64,000 nucleotides of DNA from Pyrodictiaceae archaeon (GCA_027036135.1 JALVSY010000007.1:356880-420879), one strand, 5' to 3'; shown: positions 30,452 to 40,623, numbered from the stretch's first letter. Program-made: numbers and translations. Notes: generated from the letters alone by a model not told the origin.

Positions 30452-31732
30452 TTAGTAGAGGGTTAAATGTAGTCGGGCTACTGGGTTTTCTTTAGGAAAA
30501 TAGTCGAGTCTCTTCGTTTTCTCGTAGCTCTTTAGAATAGTGGATGATTGTAACGAGTCTAGGGCGGTTGCTGATTTAAAGAATCTTGATGCATATCTTA
30601 TCGCTTCCTCGAGGGATTGTGTCCTAAAGGGTTTCTGTGAGAGTGCTTTCCTGCTAGTTTCGCGTATATGCCAATTACCTACTGGTGCAAAGTATTCTCT
30701 CGTTATCTCTCTTATAATAATTGCTTTTGCCTGTCTTTTTCTACGGTAGAGATGCTCGGCTAGAGCTAGCCTAATAGCCATGTAGCCTCCATCGAGTGGG
30801 TTCATCTTTAGGCTATGGTACTCCCTTATACGATAAGCTACTGGTTCTAATGATTGCTTTGTCCATGGTGTTAGGGGATGCCAGATCTCGAAGAGTTCTG
30901 CCTCGAAGCCGCCCGGGAGCAGTATTATGGTGAAGTAGTTGCCGAGGTAAGATGCATGGTAGACCTCAATATCGTCTATGGATCTATATGTTCTTACTCT
31001 GTGCAGTAGCTTGCTCGATATTATTTGGTCAACAGCGGTTATGGCCCACCTTGTTGGTACGAGGCGGCGATTGCGTAGCCTGCCTAAAAGGCCCATTGAG
31101 AAAGCCCTCGTGATTAAATATGTGTCTAGCCCGCTACCATATAGTTCTAGGACCGCATCGGTGGCCGTAGCGTCGTCCCATATCAGTTTCTCTAGTCTTG
31201 GGTGCAGGGTTGGGTTCTCGCTTATTCTTAGATCCTTAGCGGGTGCTGAGGGCCCTTGTGGTGCTAGTAACCCATCGAAGCGAAGTGATGGTATAGGTGG
31301 TTTTTCGAGAACAGCCTCGCTATCAACAGGCTTGAGCGATGTCGCGGCCAACGATATTTCCTTCTCATACAGCTTCCAGGGATTTGATGCCTCTATGCGG
31401 GTTACCGCCCCAAGTAGCTGTGATCTTAGCTCTATGATCTCCCCCAAGGGTAGGTGGGCTTGGTGCCATCCGGGCGGGTTATCGTATATCTTAGCCTCCG
31501 CGCCGCTTATCCCGGGAGGTATCTGATAGATAACAGGGATTCTTGGATAATTCGCCTCACCCACTACTATGCTTGGTGGCGTGGAGCCGAGTACATCGCT
31601 AGGAGACGGTATACGCGACACAGCTTGTACTTGTGCACGGAAACGAGCAAGTATAGGGCAATAGGGCAATCCACATAACCGTTTGTAGCCCTTACAGCGC
31701 GCACATAGCTGCGGAGATATCCTCTTCGGCAC
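30452..31732 (-). CDS. nre: Nre DNA repair protein
   Basis: CARCKGYKRLCGLPYCP, GSTPPS, RRLVPTRWAITAVD, PVGNWHIRE and C-terminal PIP-like KRLDYF. Confidence 0.88.
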   Translation of the reverse strand: MPKRISPQLCARCKGYKRLCGLPYCPILARFRAQVQAVSRIPSPSDVLGSTPPSIVVGEANYPRIPVIYQIPPGISGAEAKIYDNPPGWHQAHLPLGEIIELRSQLLGAVTRIEASNPWKLYEKEISLAATSLKPVDSEAVLEKPPIPSLRFDGLLAPQGPSAPAKDLRISENPTLHPRLEKLIWDDATATDAVLELYGSGLDTYLITRAFSMGLLGRLRNRRLVPTRWAITAVDQIISSKLLHRVRTYRSIDDIEVYHASYLGNYFTIILLPGGFEAELFEIWHPLTPWTKQSLEPVAYRIREYHSLKMNPLDGGYMAIRLALAEHLYRRKRQAKAIIIREITREYFAPVGNWHIRETSRKALSQKPFRTQSLEEAIRYASRFFKSATALDSLQSSTILKSYEKTKRLDYFPKENPVARLHLTLY

Positions 31733-31895
31733 TCCCTCTCCTCCCTTATAGCTGAGGGGTGTCTTAGCTTACCTTTCCGAATACTACTAAAGCTTTATTC
31801 TTCCTTCTTTAGGTTTATAGCATATCTCTGCCAAGTGATAAGTAGGTGTATAGAGACTTGGTTGTTGTGAATATGTCTAGGAGGAGGTTCCGAGG

Positions 31896-33005
31896 CTAGT
31901 ATAGTTTGAACCTGAGGACACCTACTAGTCCCTTGAATGTTCTCCTTATCCATTCTGCCTCCGGGTAGTCTCCGCTGAGTATGTAGACCTTTGTCCCGTA
32001 CTTCTTTGCCTCCTCGGCTAATATATCAGCATCTTCTCGCTCTTCGTCAACTATGAGGTACTTTAGGGCACCCATTTGTAGAGCTGTTTTAACGTCTCTA
32101 TCACCGTATATTGCTAGTCCGTCATCCTTTGCTAAGTGTATTTTGAACTCCTCTATGGCCTTGTGTAGCTCGGCGTACTTGTTCTTCTCTATAATGTCGG
32201 CGGCCTTTATTACGAGTTCGCGTAGCCCTGCCTCGCCTTGGTATGCCACGTCAACTGTTTGTGGCGCTATCTTTTGGCGCACACGGTAATCTAAGAAGTC
32301 CTTTGCCTCTTTCATGAAGTCTTGTTTAGCGTATGCTGGGCCTCCGAGGATAATTGCTCTTAGCTTCCCTTTCTCTATTAGTGGCAGGAAGTGCTTGTTC
32401 ATTGCCTCGGCTACTTCTTTGTAGAAGCCCTTAACGAATTGCTCTATTTGTCTATCGAATCGGCGCTGGCTTTGACCTCCTCTATGATGTTTTCCTGGAA
32501 CATAGCCTTCGAGTTCCTCGAGTACCTGTATCCGGCTACCCTTTAGCAAGCCTATGGTTGCTTCATCTCTCTCAACGATTACTAGTCCGTAGGTCTCCTC
32601 GCTCTCAACCATTTCCTCAAGGAACTCGGTGTGGAACCATTTATCGGTCCTATAGAAGAATACTGGTACAGACTCTGGCGGCGAGAACATTAGGCATATG
32701 AAGTCATTCGTGTCCATATCCTGGCCACAGAAGAGTACTAGCCCGTTGGGCGGTACCTTCTGCACCTTAGTAAGCCTATCCATAGCAGCAGCGAGTGCTC
32801 GTTGTACTGCGTCACGGGTCCGCTTGAGCTTAATGTTATCAGTTATCGAGTACTCTGTGCGCAGCAAGCTAACAACGTCGCTTATAGGCCTCCCTGGCGG
32901 AATATAGAGGCTTAAGAGCACTGTTGCTGGCGCCTTCCATTTCTTAAGCTCTCGTATTATCTTTTTCAGCGTGGTCTTATCGACTTCTAGCCTCGCTGTA
33001 CTCAT
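31896..33005 (-). CDS. prf1: Peptide chain release factor aRF1
   Basis: NIK, GKHHRGGQSQRRF. Confidence 0.96.
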   Translation of the reverse strand: MSTARLEVDKTTLKKIIRELKKWKAPATVLLSLYIPPGRPISDVVSLLRTEYSITDNIKLKRTRDAVQRALAAAMDRLTKVQKVPPNGLVLFCGQDMDTNDFICLMFSPPESVPVFFYRTDKWFHTEFLEEMVESEETYGLVIVERDEATIGLLKGSRIQVLEELEGYVPGKHHRGGQSQRRFDRQIEQFVKGFYKEVAEAMNKHFLPLIEKGKLRAIILGGPAYAKQDFMKEAKDFLDYRVRQKIAPQTVDVAYQGEAGLRELVIKAADIIEKNKYAELHKAIEEFKIHLAKDDGLAIYGDRDVKTALQMGALKYLIVDEEREDADILAEEAKKYGTKVYILSGDYPEAEWIRRTFKGLVGVLRFKLY

Positions 33006-33134
33006 AGAGTTCCCCCTTCACACTAGGAATAACGCCATACACTTATAACGATACAAGCTCCTCTACAAGGGTATTACTTAGCCCTTTGTTTTAGAAAAGC
33101 GTATTAGCAGTAACAATTATCTCGGGGATTAGCA

Positions 33135-33437
33135 GTGATAATGGAGGTAACCGTATTTCATGGCTATGGTTCACTAAGCCAAGGAGTCCTTAAGAATATT
33201 AGGAAAGCTACAGAGATCCTTCGTGACCAAGGCTACATAGTCATTATCCGTGAAGTAACGGTTCCAGCACTTGATGCTGAGGATGACTTTACCCCCTTTG
33301 TTATGGTTAATGGTGTTGAACTTCACATACCCTTTGTTGAGGTCGACGAAAATATTCTTGCCCAGTACATCGTAGAAAGTATTGAGGCCTATGAGAACAT
33401 GCTAGGGTTACCCGCACCACCAGTTGCTATTGCCTAG
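33135..33437 (+). CDS. Thioredoxin-fold-like protein lacking Cys
   Basis: beta-alpha-beta pattern with TPFVMVNG. Confidence 0.45.
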   Translation: MIMEVTVFHGYGSLSQGVLKNIRKATEILRDQGYIVIIREVTVPALDAEDDFTPFVMVNGVELHIPFVEVDENILAQYIVESIEAYENMLGLPAPPVAIA

Positions 33438-33865
33438 GCTACTTGCTCTGTCTTCGATCTAAGGCCTAGCTTGTAGAACGGGCATGTGCTCCAGTATTTT
33501 TCGCACCTAGCTACCTCGCTCCGCGTAAGAAGCCGATTAAGTACAGTACAGTAGGCCAGGTACCCGCCTCCATAGGTATATATCTTTATAAATGGGCAAT
33601 CCGAGCGAGGCTTAGACGATAACAAGTGTATAGCGGGGTAAGGTCTAAGCTGCTTCTCCAAAGCCGGTTTCATGGCTTGCTCAAGCGGTGATTTCCTCGT
33701 AGAGGCCTCTGGGTCAACGTAGAACCTGCATGACTTATACTCAGCCTCTGAGCCTAGGCACCTCTCCTTAGAGACCACTGCTGCAGAGGGCTTGCTAAGT
33801 TTCGGAGAGGTACAAACACCTCCCTGATACCACGGACACGGCATTACCGAGTCACCGCTACTCAA
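33434..33865 (-). CDS. Cys-rich hypothetical protein (two CP(W/F)..C..C..C units)
   Basis: CPWYQGGVC...C...CRFY and CPF...C...CEKYWSTCPFY. Confidence 0.65.
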   Translation of the reverse strand: MSSGDSVMPCPWYQGGVCTSPKLSKPSAAVVSKERCLGSEAEYKSCRFYVDPEASTRKSPLEQAMKPALEKQLRPYPAIHLLSSKPRSDCPFIKIYTYGGGYLAYCTVLNRLLTRSEVARCEKYWSTCPFYKLGLRSKTEQVA

Positions 33866-33903
33866 GGTACTATGTTACTGTACCAGGGCTGTGTATTAGA
33901 GGA

Positions 33904-34137
33904 TTAGTTCTCTTCCTGCTCTTTTCTATCTCTGCATTTCTCCAGTTCTCTTCTAAGACGCTCATTCTCTTCAGATATTGCTTCGATGCGTTGCTCAAGC
34001 TTCCTTATAATTGCTAATAGCTCTTTAACTTCTTCCTGGGAATTACAAGAGGTTATGCACTGGGATAATTGGTATCTTAGCTCCTCGTTCTCTTTTCTAA
34101 GAAGCATGGCTTCTCTGCATTGCTTGTTAGCAGTCAC
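33904..34137 (-). CDS. Small coiled-coil hypothetical protein
   Basis: ORF with heptad pattern. Confidence 0.5.
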   Translation of the reverse strand: MTANKQCREAMLLRKENEELRYQLSQCITSCNSQEEVKELLAIIRKLEQRIEAISEENERLRRELEKCRDRKEQEEN

Positions 34138-34194
34138 GAGGAGGCACCGTCCTCGATATGTCTTAGTACTAACCTCTTAGCCTCTTGAAGAGAG

Positions 34195-34581
34195 TTAGGC
34201 TAGGTTGCAGCAAGGAGGATTCTTGCAGCAAGGATCAAGGCCGCTTTGGCATCTAGTTTTAAACCATTCTCTAATAAGGAAAGCAGCTCTCTCATCGAGA
34301 ACCATCAAGCCGCTTATGATATACGTGTTTGCATGGCAGTAGCCCTCTTTTTTCATAGTCTTAATTATTGGTGATAGAAGGGACTTTATAAGAAATAACC
34401 ACAAGTTCCAGTCGGGTAACTCGAAGATCTCGGATTCATTCGTTATACCATAAGTGGCTAACGCCTCCTCGGCAATAACAAGTACCTTTGCAGCTACTTG
34501 CCCTGGCACCTTGGCTGCCCTGAGGCTAGTTCGCAATGCATCCAGTAACTTCAATACCTTTCCCTTGTAACACGGACACAC
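34195..34581 (-). CDS. Hypothetical protein with Cys-rich termini
   Basis: MCPC...CQSGLDPCCKNPPCC. Confidence 0.55.
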   Translation of the reverse strand: MCPCYKGKVLKLLDALRTSLRAAKVPGQVAAKVLVIAEEALATYGITNESEIFELPDWNLWLFLIKSLLSPIIKTMKKEGYCHANTYIISGLMVLDERAAFLIREWFKTRCQSGLDPCCKNPPCCNLA

Positions 34582-34697
34582 ATGGGTACCATATAGTCTT
34601 TTACTATATCATATCGCATTAAGCGATATAGGTTTCTGAGAAATGCGAAGCTATTGCCTAAACAATATAATCTCCTAGGAAACGGAGATACCTTCTA

Positions 34698-34763
34698 GGG
34701 GATGATAATAAAAGGCCTCTACTGATGCACACCTCATTGATGACGCTTTAGGCCGTTGACCCC
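34698..34763 (+). ncRNA. Box C/D sRNA; D guide antisense to 16S GGCCUAAAGCG-like site
   Basis: gggg-ATGATAA-13nt-CTGA...TTGATGA-cgctttaggccg-TTGA-cccc. Confidence 0.7.
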
Positions 34764-34784
34764 GCTAAGGTGCCTTACTCTAGG

Positions 34785-35150
34785 CTAAAACACCTTTAAT
34801 GGGTCTCTTTCCGGCTCTCCGTAGAGTAGTCTCTTGAGCTCGTAATGAATCTCGTATACTGTCGCTCTTATAGCTCCTGGCACGAACTGATTACTTATGA
34901 TCCTTGTGTATAGCTTATCTAGTTCGTTGTAGGCGGAAAACATGTTAGGAGAATCATTGCATAGCATCTTCTCAACCCTGCTTAATGCAAGCACAATGTA
35001 CTCAAGATTATCAACAACTTTCCTTAAGACCTCTGAATTACCGCTACTTAGTCGCTGTAGGTAATTCTCATAGTATGTCTGAGTAGTACTTATACCGTAG
35101 TGTAAGTGTTCGCATACAGAGATAAGCTCTAGCTTACTGTTAAGAATCAC
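34785..35150 (-). CDS. Hypothetical helical protein
   Basis: ORF only. Confidence 0.55.
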   Translation of the reverse strand: MILNSKLELISVCEHLHYGISTTQTYYENYLQRLSSGNSEVLRKVVDNLEYIVLALSRVEKMLCNDSPNMFSAYNELDKLYTRIISNQFVPGAIRATVYEIHYELKRLLYGEPERDPLKVF

Positions 35151-35293
35151 TTGTCAGTCCCCCAAGTAGCTATGATTATAGATAATAGGGGCAAGCTGTG
35201 TGCTCAAAGCGGTTCGGGGCAATAATACCCTTCAAGAGTAAGGTTTATCCCTTTAAAATGTAAGGGCTATAAAAGGGTGTGGGCTCGGAATAA

Positions 35294-35617
35294 ATGCATG
35301 GAGGCGGATTCGCAGTGGCAGCAGATCCCAGGCGCCGAAATAGCTCTGAAGAAGTATTTGTTTATGACCAAGGAATAGTACTTGATAAGCTATACGAGGA
35401 CGACGATGTAGTCGTTGTCGTGGCTCCTAATGAGGACCAACTCAGGGATATTATACTCGAGCTTCTCCAGGAAAGGCCAATGACTGTTAGAGAACTCCAT
35501 AGCAAGCTATCTGGGCTCGCAAGCGAGGACAAAATAAGGTATGCACTTAACAAGCTCATTGAAGAAGGTATTGTAGAGGGGGATGAGGAAGGTCGTTACT
35601 ACGCTCTATATACATAG
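35294..35617 (+). CDS. Winged-HTH protein
   Basis: PMTVRELHSKLSGLASEDKIRYALNKLIEEG. Confidence 0.7.
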   Translation: MHGGGFAVAADPRRRNSSEEVFVYDQGIVLDKLYEDDDVVVVVAPNEDQLRDIILELLQERPMTVRELHSKLSGLASEDKIRYALNKLIEEGIVEGDEEGRYYALYT

Positions 35618-35777
35618 TATTAATTACCAGTATATTCTAGGCCTAATAGTTTCGGCTTACTTTTATACACTGGTGGTGTCTTCTTTTATCTAATACAAAA
35701 GAAGAAAATTAGGTACACCCTAACAGTTTCTCTTAAACATTAAACTCCTACTGCTAGTTGTGCTAGGGTGCTTTAAT

Positions 35778-36244
35778 ATGGCTCTATTATTGCTGCTTAG
35801 TAGTTTTGTGTTGCTTCTTTTGTATTAGTACAGTAGTAGTTTCGATATAGGGTCTCTCTATGCGGGTTATGCTTACCTTATTGGTTCCGCTGATTTATCT
35901 AATATTGCATGAATTTGTGCACTTTGCTGCTGCGCGTTTGCTAGGCCTTAGTGCATGTATCTATCTTAGTAGTGATAGCGTCCTTCCATCGCTTGGTGTT
36001 AACGTTGTTGGCGAAGTTAGTGGTGTTAATAGGTACCTGGTATTATATTCTCCTTATGTGATTAATATCGCAATGCTCCTTAGTGGCGGCAATTGTTTTT
36101 ATAAAAGTATTTAGTCTACTTACTCTAACGAATGCTGTACTCGAAGAAGAAAATAATAGACGTTTTAGACTAATTATTGCATTGGTAATATTCATGTTAA
36201 TGATATTGTTTTTAGAAAAATATGTACTTTTTAGTTGCTCTTAG
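35778..36244 (+). pseudogene. Disrupted membrane HExxH metalloprotease-like gene
   Basis: HEFVH in ORF 35860-36114; a hydrophobic continuation in another frame to TAG 36244; a short upstream hydrophobic ORF from ATG 35778. Confidence 0.45.
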
Positions 36245-36255
36245 TTTCTCGGGAT

Positions 36256-36588
36256 TTAGACTGCTAGTGTCAAGTCTAGGAAGTCCATGGGTAGTGGTCT
36301 TCCCTTTGACTTAAGCTCGTCATACTTCTGGGATAGCCACTCAATGAAGACCGGGCATCCGTCAAACTTGCCATCACGTTCGCAGCGCTCTCCTAGCTTG
36401 AGGAAGCACTTGCCTGTTCTCTTATCGTAGTATGGGCACATTTTGTGGTATTGCTTAGCGCTTCTTAGCATTCTCATAATCCATCGCTTTTTCGGGTCTT
36501 TCCGTTCCTTCTCCTCTGTTTGGCTTAGTATGCGCTCGAGTTCTTCATTTGATATATGTCTTGCTGTCACGGGTATCACCCCTTGCAT
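36256..36588 (-). CDS. Conserved crenarchaeal hypothetical protein (4-Cys)
   Basis: CPYYDKRTGKCFLKLGERCERDGKFDGCP. Confidence 0.7.
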   Translation of the reverse strand: MQGVIPVTARHISNEELERILSQTEEKERKDPKKRWIMRMLRSAKQYHKMCPYYDKRTGKCFLKLGERCERDGKFDGCPVFIEWLSQKYDELKSKGRPLPMDFLDLTLAV

Positions 36589-36780
36589 GTGCTACGTATA
36601 TGTGAGGGGTAAGGGGCAAAGATATAGAGCCCTTTATGAGCCTCGTGGCATTGATACGAGTCTCTATCGTGGGTTATGCCAGTGTTTAGGTACTACATTA
36701 AAACTACCTATATTTTTGGCGGTTCAGTGTCCTATTCTACCTCGAGTTCTACGCGTCCTAGACGAGGGGTTTAGTGCGGC

Positions 36781-37830
36781 ATGTCTGATGTTCATAACTC
36801 TATCACGGTGCTCGGTGGCGGTGTTGCTGGCTCAGTACTGGCCTACTTAGCTAAGCGCGGCAACTTGGATGTGCAACTATATGATATAGTTCCTAAATAT
36901 GCAAAAGCTTGTGGAGAGGCAATTCCTGCACAGATATCTCAAGTCTTGTTAAAGAACGGTGTTCCTGAACCACCTATTATAGATAAGATACGCGTTTTTA
37001 GTATATATGGCCCGCTTGGCAAGATAGTTAGACGCGTCGTGTTCGAGAAACCGGTATGGTACATAATAGATAAGGGTAAATGGCTCAATAGATTACGGGC
37101 TAGTGTAGGGACTAGACTCGTTAAAGGAAAACAAGAGTGCGGTTCCCCTGGGCTCTCTGGCATAGTATTTGATGCACGTGGCCCCTTCAGCTCAGAGGGA
37201 GCCAAGATAGTTGTATGGCAAGCCTATGTGGAAAACATGATCGGTATTCGGGAAGAAGCATTACAAGTGGTTGATTTTCGGTATTCTCCTGGTCTTGTCT
37301 GGGCGTTTAGCAAGGGTGACGAGATCAATGTTGGTGGTGGTTTTGTTGGTGTTAATAATCCTCGGCATAGAAGTATAGAGATACTTGAAAAAATATTTAG
37401 TATAAATAATATAGATAAATACATAGTTAGAGAAAATTATTCTATTCTTACACTTATTCCGAGAATAAAGATCTTTGAAAAGAACTGCATACGAGTTGGC
37501 GAGGCTGCAGGACTTATCATGAGCCTCGGAGGCGAAGGCATAAGACCAGCTATTTTATCAGCAATAGCTGCGTATAAATCACTCAAAATAAGCAATAATG
37601 CCTTGAGCCTTGATATCAATGAATACGTTGCACAGATAAGACCGCTTATTTATCAAACAAGGCTCCATAGACTCATTTTCAGAGTTGGTGCTAGCCTAGG
37701 TCAACAAATTATTGAGAAAATATTAGGGAAAGTTGATGAAGATATGTTAGAGGAGTGGTTTAGTGGAAATCTTGGGCTTAAGACAAAGCTCGCAAAACTA
37801 ATCCATAATATTATCGTAGCATTGCTCTAG
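36781..37830 (+). CDS. Geranylgeranyl-reductase-family FAD oxidoreductase
   Basis: GGGVAG, KACGEA, WAF.KG..NVG and GEAAG...GEGI. Confidence 0.8.
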   Translation: MSDVHNSITVLGGGVAGSVLAYLAKRGNLDVQLYDIVPKYAKACGEAIPAQISQVLLKNGVPEPPIIDKIRVFSIYGPLGKIVRRVVFEKPVWYIIDKGKWLNRLRASVGTRLVKGKQECGSPGLSGIVFDARGPFSSEGAKIVVWQAYVENMIGIREEALQVVDFRYSPGLVWAFSKGDEINVGGGFVGVNNPRHRSIEILEKIFSINNIDKYIVRENYSILTLIPRIKIFEKNCIRVGEAAGLIMSLGGEGIRPAILSAIAAYKSLKISNNALSLDINEYVAQIRPLIYQTRLHRLIFRVGASLGQQIIEKILGKVDEDMLEEWFSGNLGLKTKLAKLIHNIIVALL

Positions 37831-38420
37831 CTAGTAAGCTTCAATAGCTTATCTACAAACTCGTCCTCATTAGCTGCGCTAAGTCCATGTACCTCAATGT
37901 CTGCTATTATTTTCGAGTCTTTCACTCTAGCTCCTAGAATTCTTATCCGCATAGCATCTTTAGATACCTCTATTAGTGCTTCCTTTTCATTAACTCGGAT
38001 TATTCTGAAGCCCTTCTCTTGGAGCTTCTCAGCCAGCCTTCTAATAGGGTGTTCTCTGCGAATCTCTCCCTTAATGGGTTCTCCTAGCTCTTTTAGCCTC
38101 TGTTCAATAGCTTCCACTACTTCAGGTATATCGCTGTAGGCCTTTTTTGCCTCTTCTAGTATTCGCCTAAGCACGTCCAGTCCTTCAGGAGTACTCTTTA
38201 GTATATTGACTAAGTCGTCAAAGTCTCTACTCCTAATGTAATCTGCCAGCCTTTTTACATCCCCACTAAAGGCATCAAACTTGAAACGATCCTCCGCTCT
38301 TCCCACCGCCTTCTTAATATCGTCTATTATTTGTTGGGATACTTTGCTACTTGCAAGCACCCTATTCACTATATGACGAAGGAAATCTATACGACGCTGT
38401 TGGCTCAGAGACTGTGTCAT
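37827..38420 (-). CDS. Hypothetical protein
   Basis: ORF only. Confidence 0.6.
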   Translation of the reverse strand: MTQSLSQQRRIDFLRHIVNRVLASSKVSQQIIDDIKKAVGRAEDRFKFDAFSGDVKRLADYIRSRDFDDLVNILKSTPEGLDVLRRILEEAKKAYSDIPEVVEAIEQRLKELGEPIKGEIRREHPIRRLAEKLQEKGFRIIRVNEKEALIEVSKDAMRIRILGARVKDSKIIADIEVHGLSAANEDEFVDKLLKLTS

Positions 38421-38586
38421 AGCTTTGCACCCAAGTATCTAGGTAGACCCATTTAGTTGTCCTTGCAGCCCAGCTTCCCCAATAATGAACCGGTCTCCTT
38501 TCTTACCAAACTTATCTGTTTCCGATAAAGTATACTATTCTACACCATTACACAGCTCTATGCGGCTAGGATAGGAGAGAAGGGTA

Positions 38587-38958
38587 TTGGTCATCATGAT
38601 TCTAAAATCAAGGATTATTCACAATAATGTAGTTGGTATAAAAGTACGAGAGCTTGACGATAGGGTAGAGATAGTCGTCGAGTGCTTAGCAGAGGGAAGA
38701 GTACTAGTAAATAAGCATAGGATATATGGTCGTCTTGATTCTGTTGATCTGAGGCTTAAGGGTGAAGCTGTGTATACTAGTATGTATGAAATAAAGTTTA
38801 AGAATCCTATAAATTGCTTAATTCTGGGTATAGATACGCTTATTGAGGATAAGAAGCAGCCACATGTTAGCATTCAGCTGGATGAATGTGATAAGGTTGC
38901 CACGGATACGGTTATCGATGAAATGTTCTCATATACTGATTTTGGTCGTTCTAGTTAA
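38587..38958 (+). CDS. Hypothetical protein
   Basis: ORF only. Confidence 0.5.
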   Translation: MVIMILKSRIIHNNVVGIKVRELDDRVEIVVECLAEGRVLVNKHRIYGRLDSVDLRLKGEAVYTSMYEIKFKNPINCLILGIDTLIEDKKQPHVSIQLDECDKVATDTVIDEMFSYTDFGRSS

Positions 38959-39009
38959 AGCCTATAGGTAATCTAATCCCTAATATCATTTAGTGGGGGA
39001 GATTGGTTC

Positions 39010-39516
39010 ATGGTTGAACTATCTCCTAGGATAAAAAAGATAGATGTTGTTGACGTACCTATCCCGGAGGGAGCTAACGTAATTATAGGACAAGCGCACT
39101 TTATTAAAACTGTTGAGGATTTGTATGAGGCCCTTGTTACAAGTGTACCTGGAATAAAATTTGGGCTCGCGTTTTGCGAGGCAAGCCAGAAGAGGCTAAT
39201 TCGGTTTGAGGGCAATGATGAGGAGCTGAAGAAGTATGCTATTGAGGCTGCTAAGCGTATTGCAGCGGGCCACGTTTTCGCAATATATATACGTGATGCA
39301 TGGCCAATAAACGTGCTTAACGCATTAAAGCATGTACAGGAGGTCGTAACACTTTATGCAGCTACAGCTAATCCATTGCAAGTAGTTGTCATCGAAACCG
39401 ATCAAGGGCGAGGGATAATAGGAGTAGTTGATGGCTATACTCCTGTCGGTGTAGAGGCTGGCAATAATATAGCTGAGAGAAGAGCATTCCTAAGGAAAAT
39501 AGGATACAAGAAATAA
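39010..39516 (+). CDS. Adenosine-specific kinase family (DUF355)
   Basis: [23 protein letters not shown] and RGIIGVVDG. Confidence 0.9.
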   Translation: MVELSPRIKKIDVVDVPIPEGANVIIGQAHFIKTVEDLYEALVTSVPGIKFGLAFCEASQKRLIRFEGNDEELKKYAIEAAKRIAAGHVFAIYIRDAWPINVLNALKHVQEVVTLYAATANPLQVVVIETDQGRGIIGVVDGYTPVGVEAGNNIAERRAFLRKIGYKK

Positions 39517-39528
39517 TGGTGTAAGAAA

Positions 39529-39611
39529 GGCCTCAAGGCCCGGCTGACTCATCATATCTTTCTTGAGCCCTCGTATCAGCTCCGCCGTAGTTGAGGAACT
39601 CTTCATAGGCC
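39529..39611 (-). ncRNA. Box C/D sRNA with long D' guide
   Basis: ggcct-ATGAAGA-20nt-CTGA...ATGATGA-12nt-TTGA-ggcc. Confidence 0.6.
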
Positions 39612-39738
39612 GTTTTTACCTAGTACATGTGCCCAGGCTATATGAGGTTGCCTGGTCTAGAGACTTAATTACGGAGGCAGAGCCAAGGAGGATTGTTTTA
39701 AGCTTAGTTATCCCCAACTATGTGAGGAGGAAGCAAGC

Positions 39739-40206
39739 ATGGTCAGCCAGGTCACGGTACGCGTCTTCAATTCAGAAAAAAAGGATGTAGAAGGAGTTAG
39801 CTTAACAGTTTTACGCCTAGAGAAGGAATGGAAGATGAGTGCTAGAGATTTCTATGAGTTAGTAGCAGATATGAAAGAGAGATATAAGTCGACGCCAAAC
39901 AAGGTGATAGTTCTAATAAGGCCTGGGCGAGGCTCTTCCGAGGCCGAGTATATAGCTTCTATATCAACTATTGATAAAGGTGTGTTGTTGTTCCCGGAAC
40001 CTGCGAAGCTTAAGGCGATTTACATAGCTGGCGAGGATTTGAAGCCAAGGGTTAAACAAGCCCTGTCTCTGTTCAAGCGCATAGAATTCAATGATGATGT
40101 TTACGTATATCAGGGCGATATAGTGCTAGGAGACGGAGTAAAACTTGTTGTATTAGAGACAGAGAAAGGCATCAAGGTGATAACTAGAGGCTCAATAAAG
40201 GAGTAA
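39739..40206 (+). CDS. Hypothetical protein
   Basis: ORF with SD gaggagg. Confidence 0.6.
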   Translation: MVSQVTVRVFNSEKKDVEGVSLTVLRLEKEWKMSARDFYELVADMKERYKSTPNKVIVLIRPGRGSSEAEYIASISTIDKGVLLFPEPAKLKAIYIAGEDLKPRVKQALSLFKRIEFNDDVYVYQGDIVLGDGVKLVVLETEKGIKVITRGSIKE

Positions 40207-40224
40207 AAGTAAGGGAGAACCATG

Positions 40225-40294
40225 GGGATGAAGATAGACTCCAATTATGAGCTCCACTCATGGAGCTGTGAGTAAGCTCCGCCCCTCCTGACCC
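40225..40294 (+). ncRNA. Box C/D sRNA; D' guide antisense to 16S AAUUGGAGUC
   Basis: ATGAAGA-tagactccaatt-ATGA-gctcca/tggagc hairpin-...-CTGA-ccc. Confidence 0.7.
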
Positions 40295-40302
40295 GTTGAA
40301 AT

Positions 40303-40620
40303 TTACGTGTTCTTTAATCGCCAGAGATACTCCTCTAGTTCTCGGCGTGCAAGCTGGTATACGTGATCTAGATGTACACGCCTTATGTGTAAGTATAGTC
40401 CTTTCTTCGTAAAAGGTCCTCTTCCACATAACTTGCATCGCAGCGTGTCTCTATCATGTAGGACGAGCTGTGACGCTACATGCTCGATTATTTCTCGGGC
40501 AGGTTTCCTAAGGCTTGGAGGCAGATTCTCTAAACTATACTGTAAGCCGCAAGCCCGTCTTATCGCTAGATCAGCTATCTTTGAAACTATCTCAACTAGT
40601 TGTACGCTCTGGCTATCCAT
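40303..40620 (-). CDS. C2H2 zinc-finger protein
   Basis: CKLCGRGPFTKKGLYLHIRRVH. Confidence 0.75.
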   Translation of the reverse strand: MDSQSVQLVEIVSKIADLAIRRACGLQYSLENLPPSLRKPAREIIEHVASQLVLHDRDTLRCKLCGRGPFTKKGLYLHIRRVHLDHVYQLARRELEEYLWRLKNT

Positions 40621-40623
40621 TTC

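Noticed and set aside
29824-30495. 223-aa plus-strand ORF and similar Ser/Leu-rich antisense ORFs (e.g. 5039-5650, 47517-48110, 56958-57428)
   Set aside because: Shadow frames of Glu/Lys/Arg-rich genuine genes.
31835-31894. Possible C/D sRNA (GTGATAA...CTTG...GTGAATA...CCGA)
   Set aside because: Three of four boxes are degenerate and I recognised no target.
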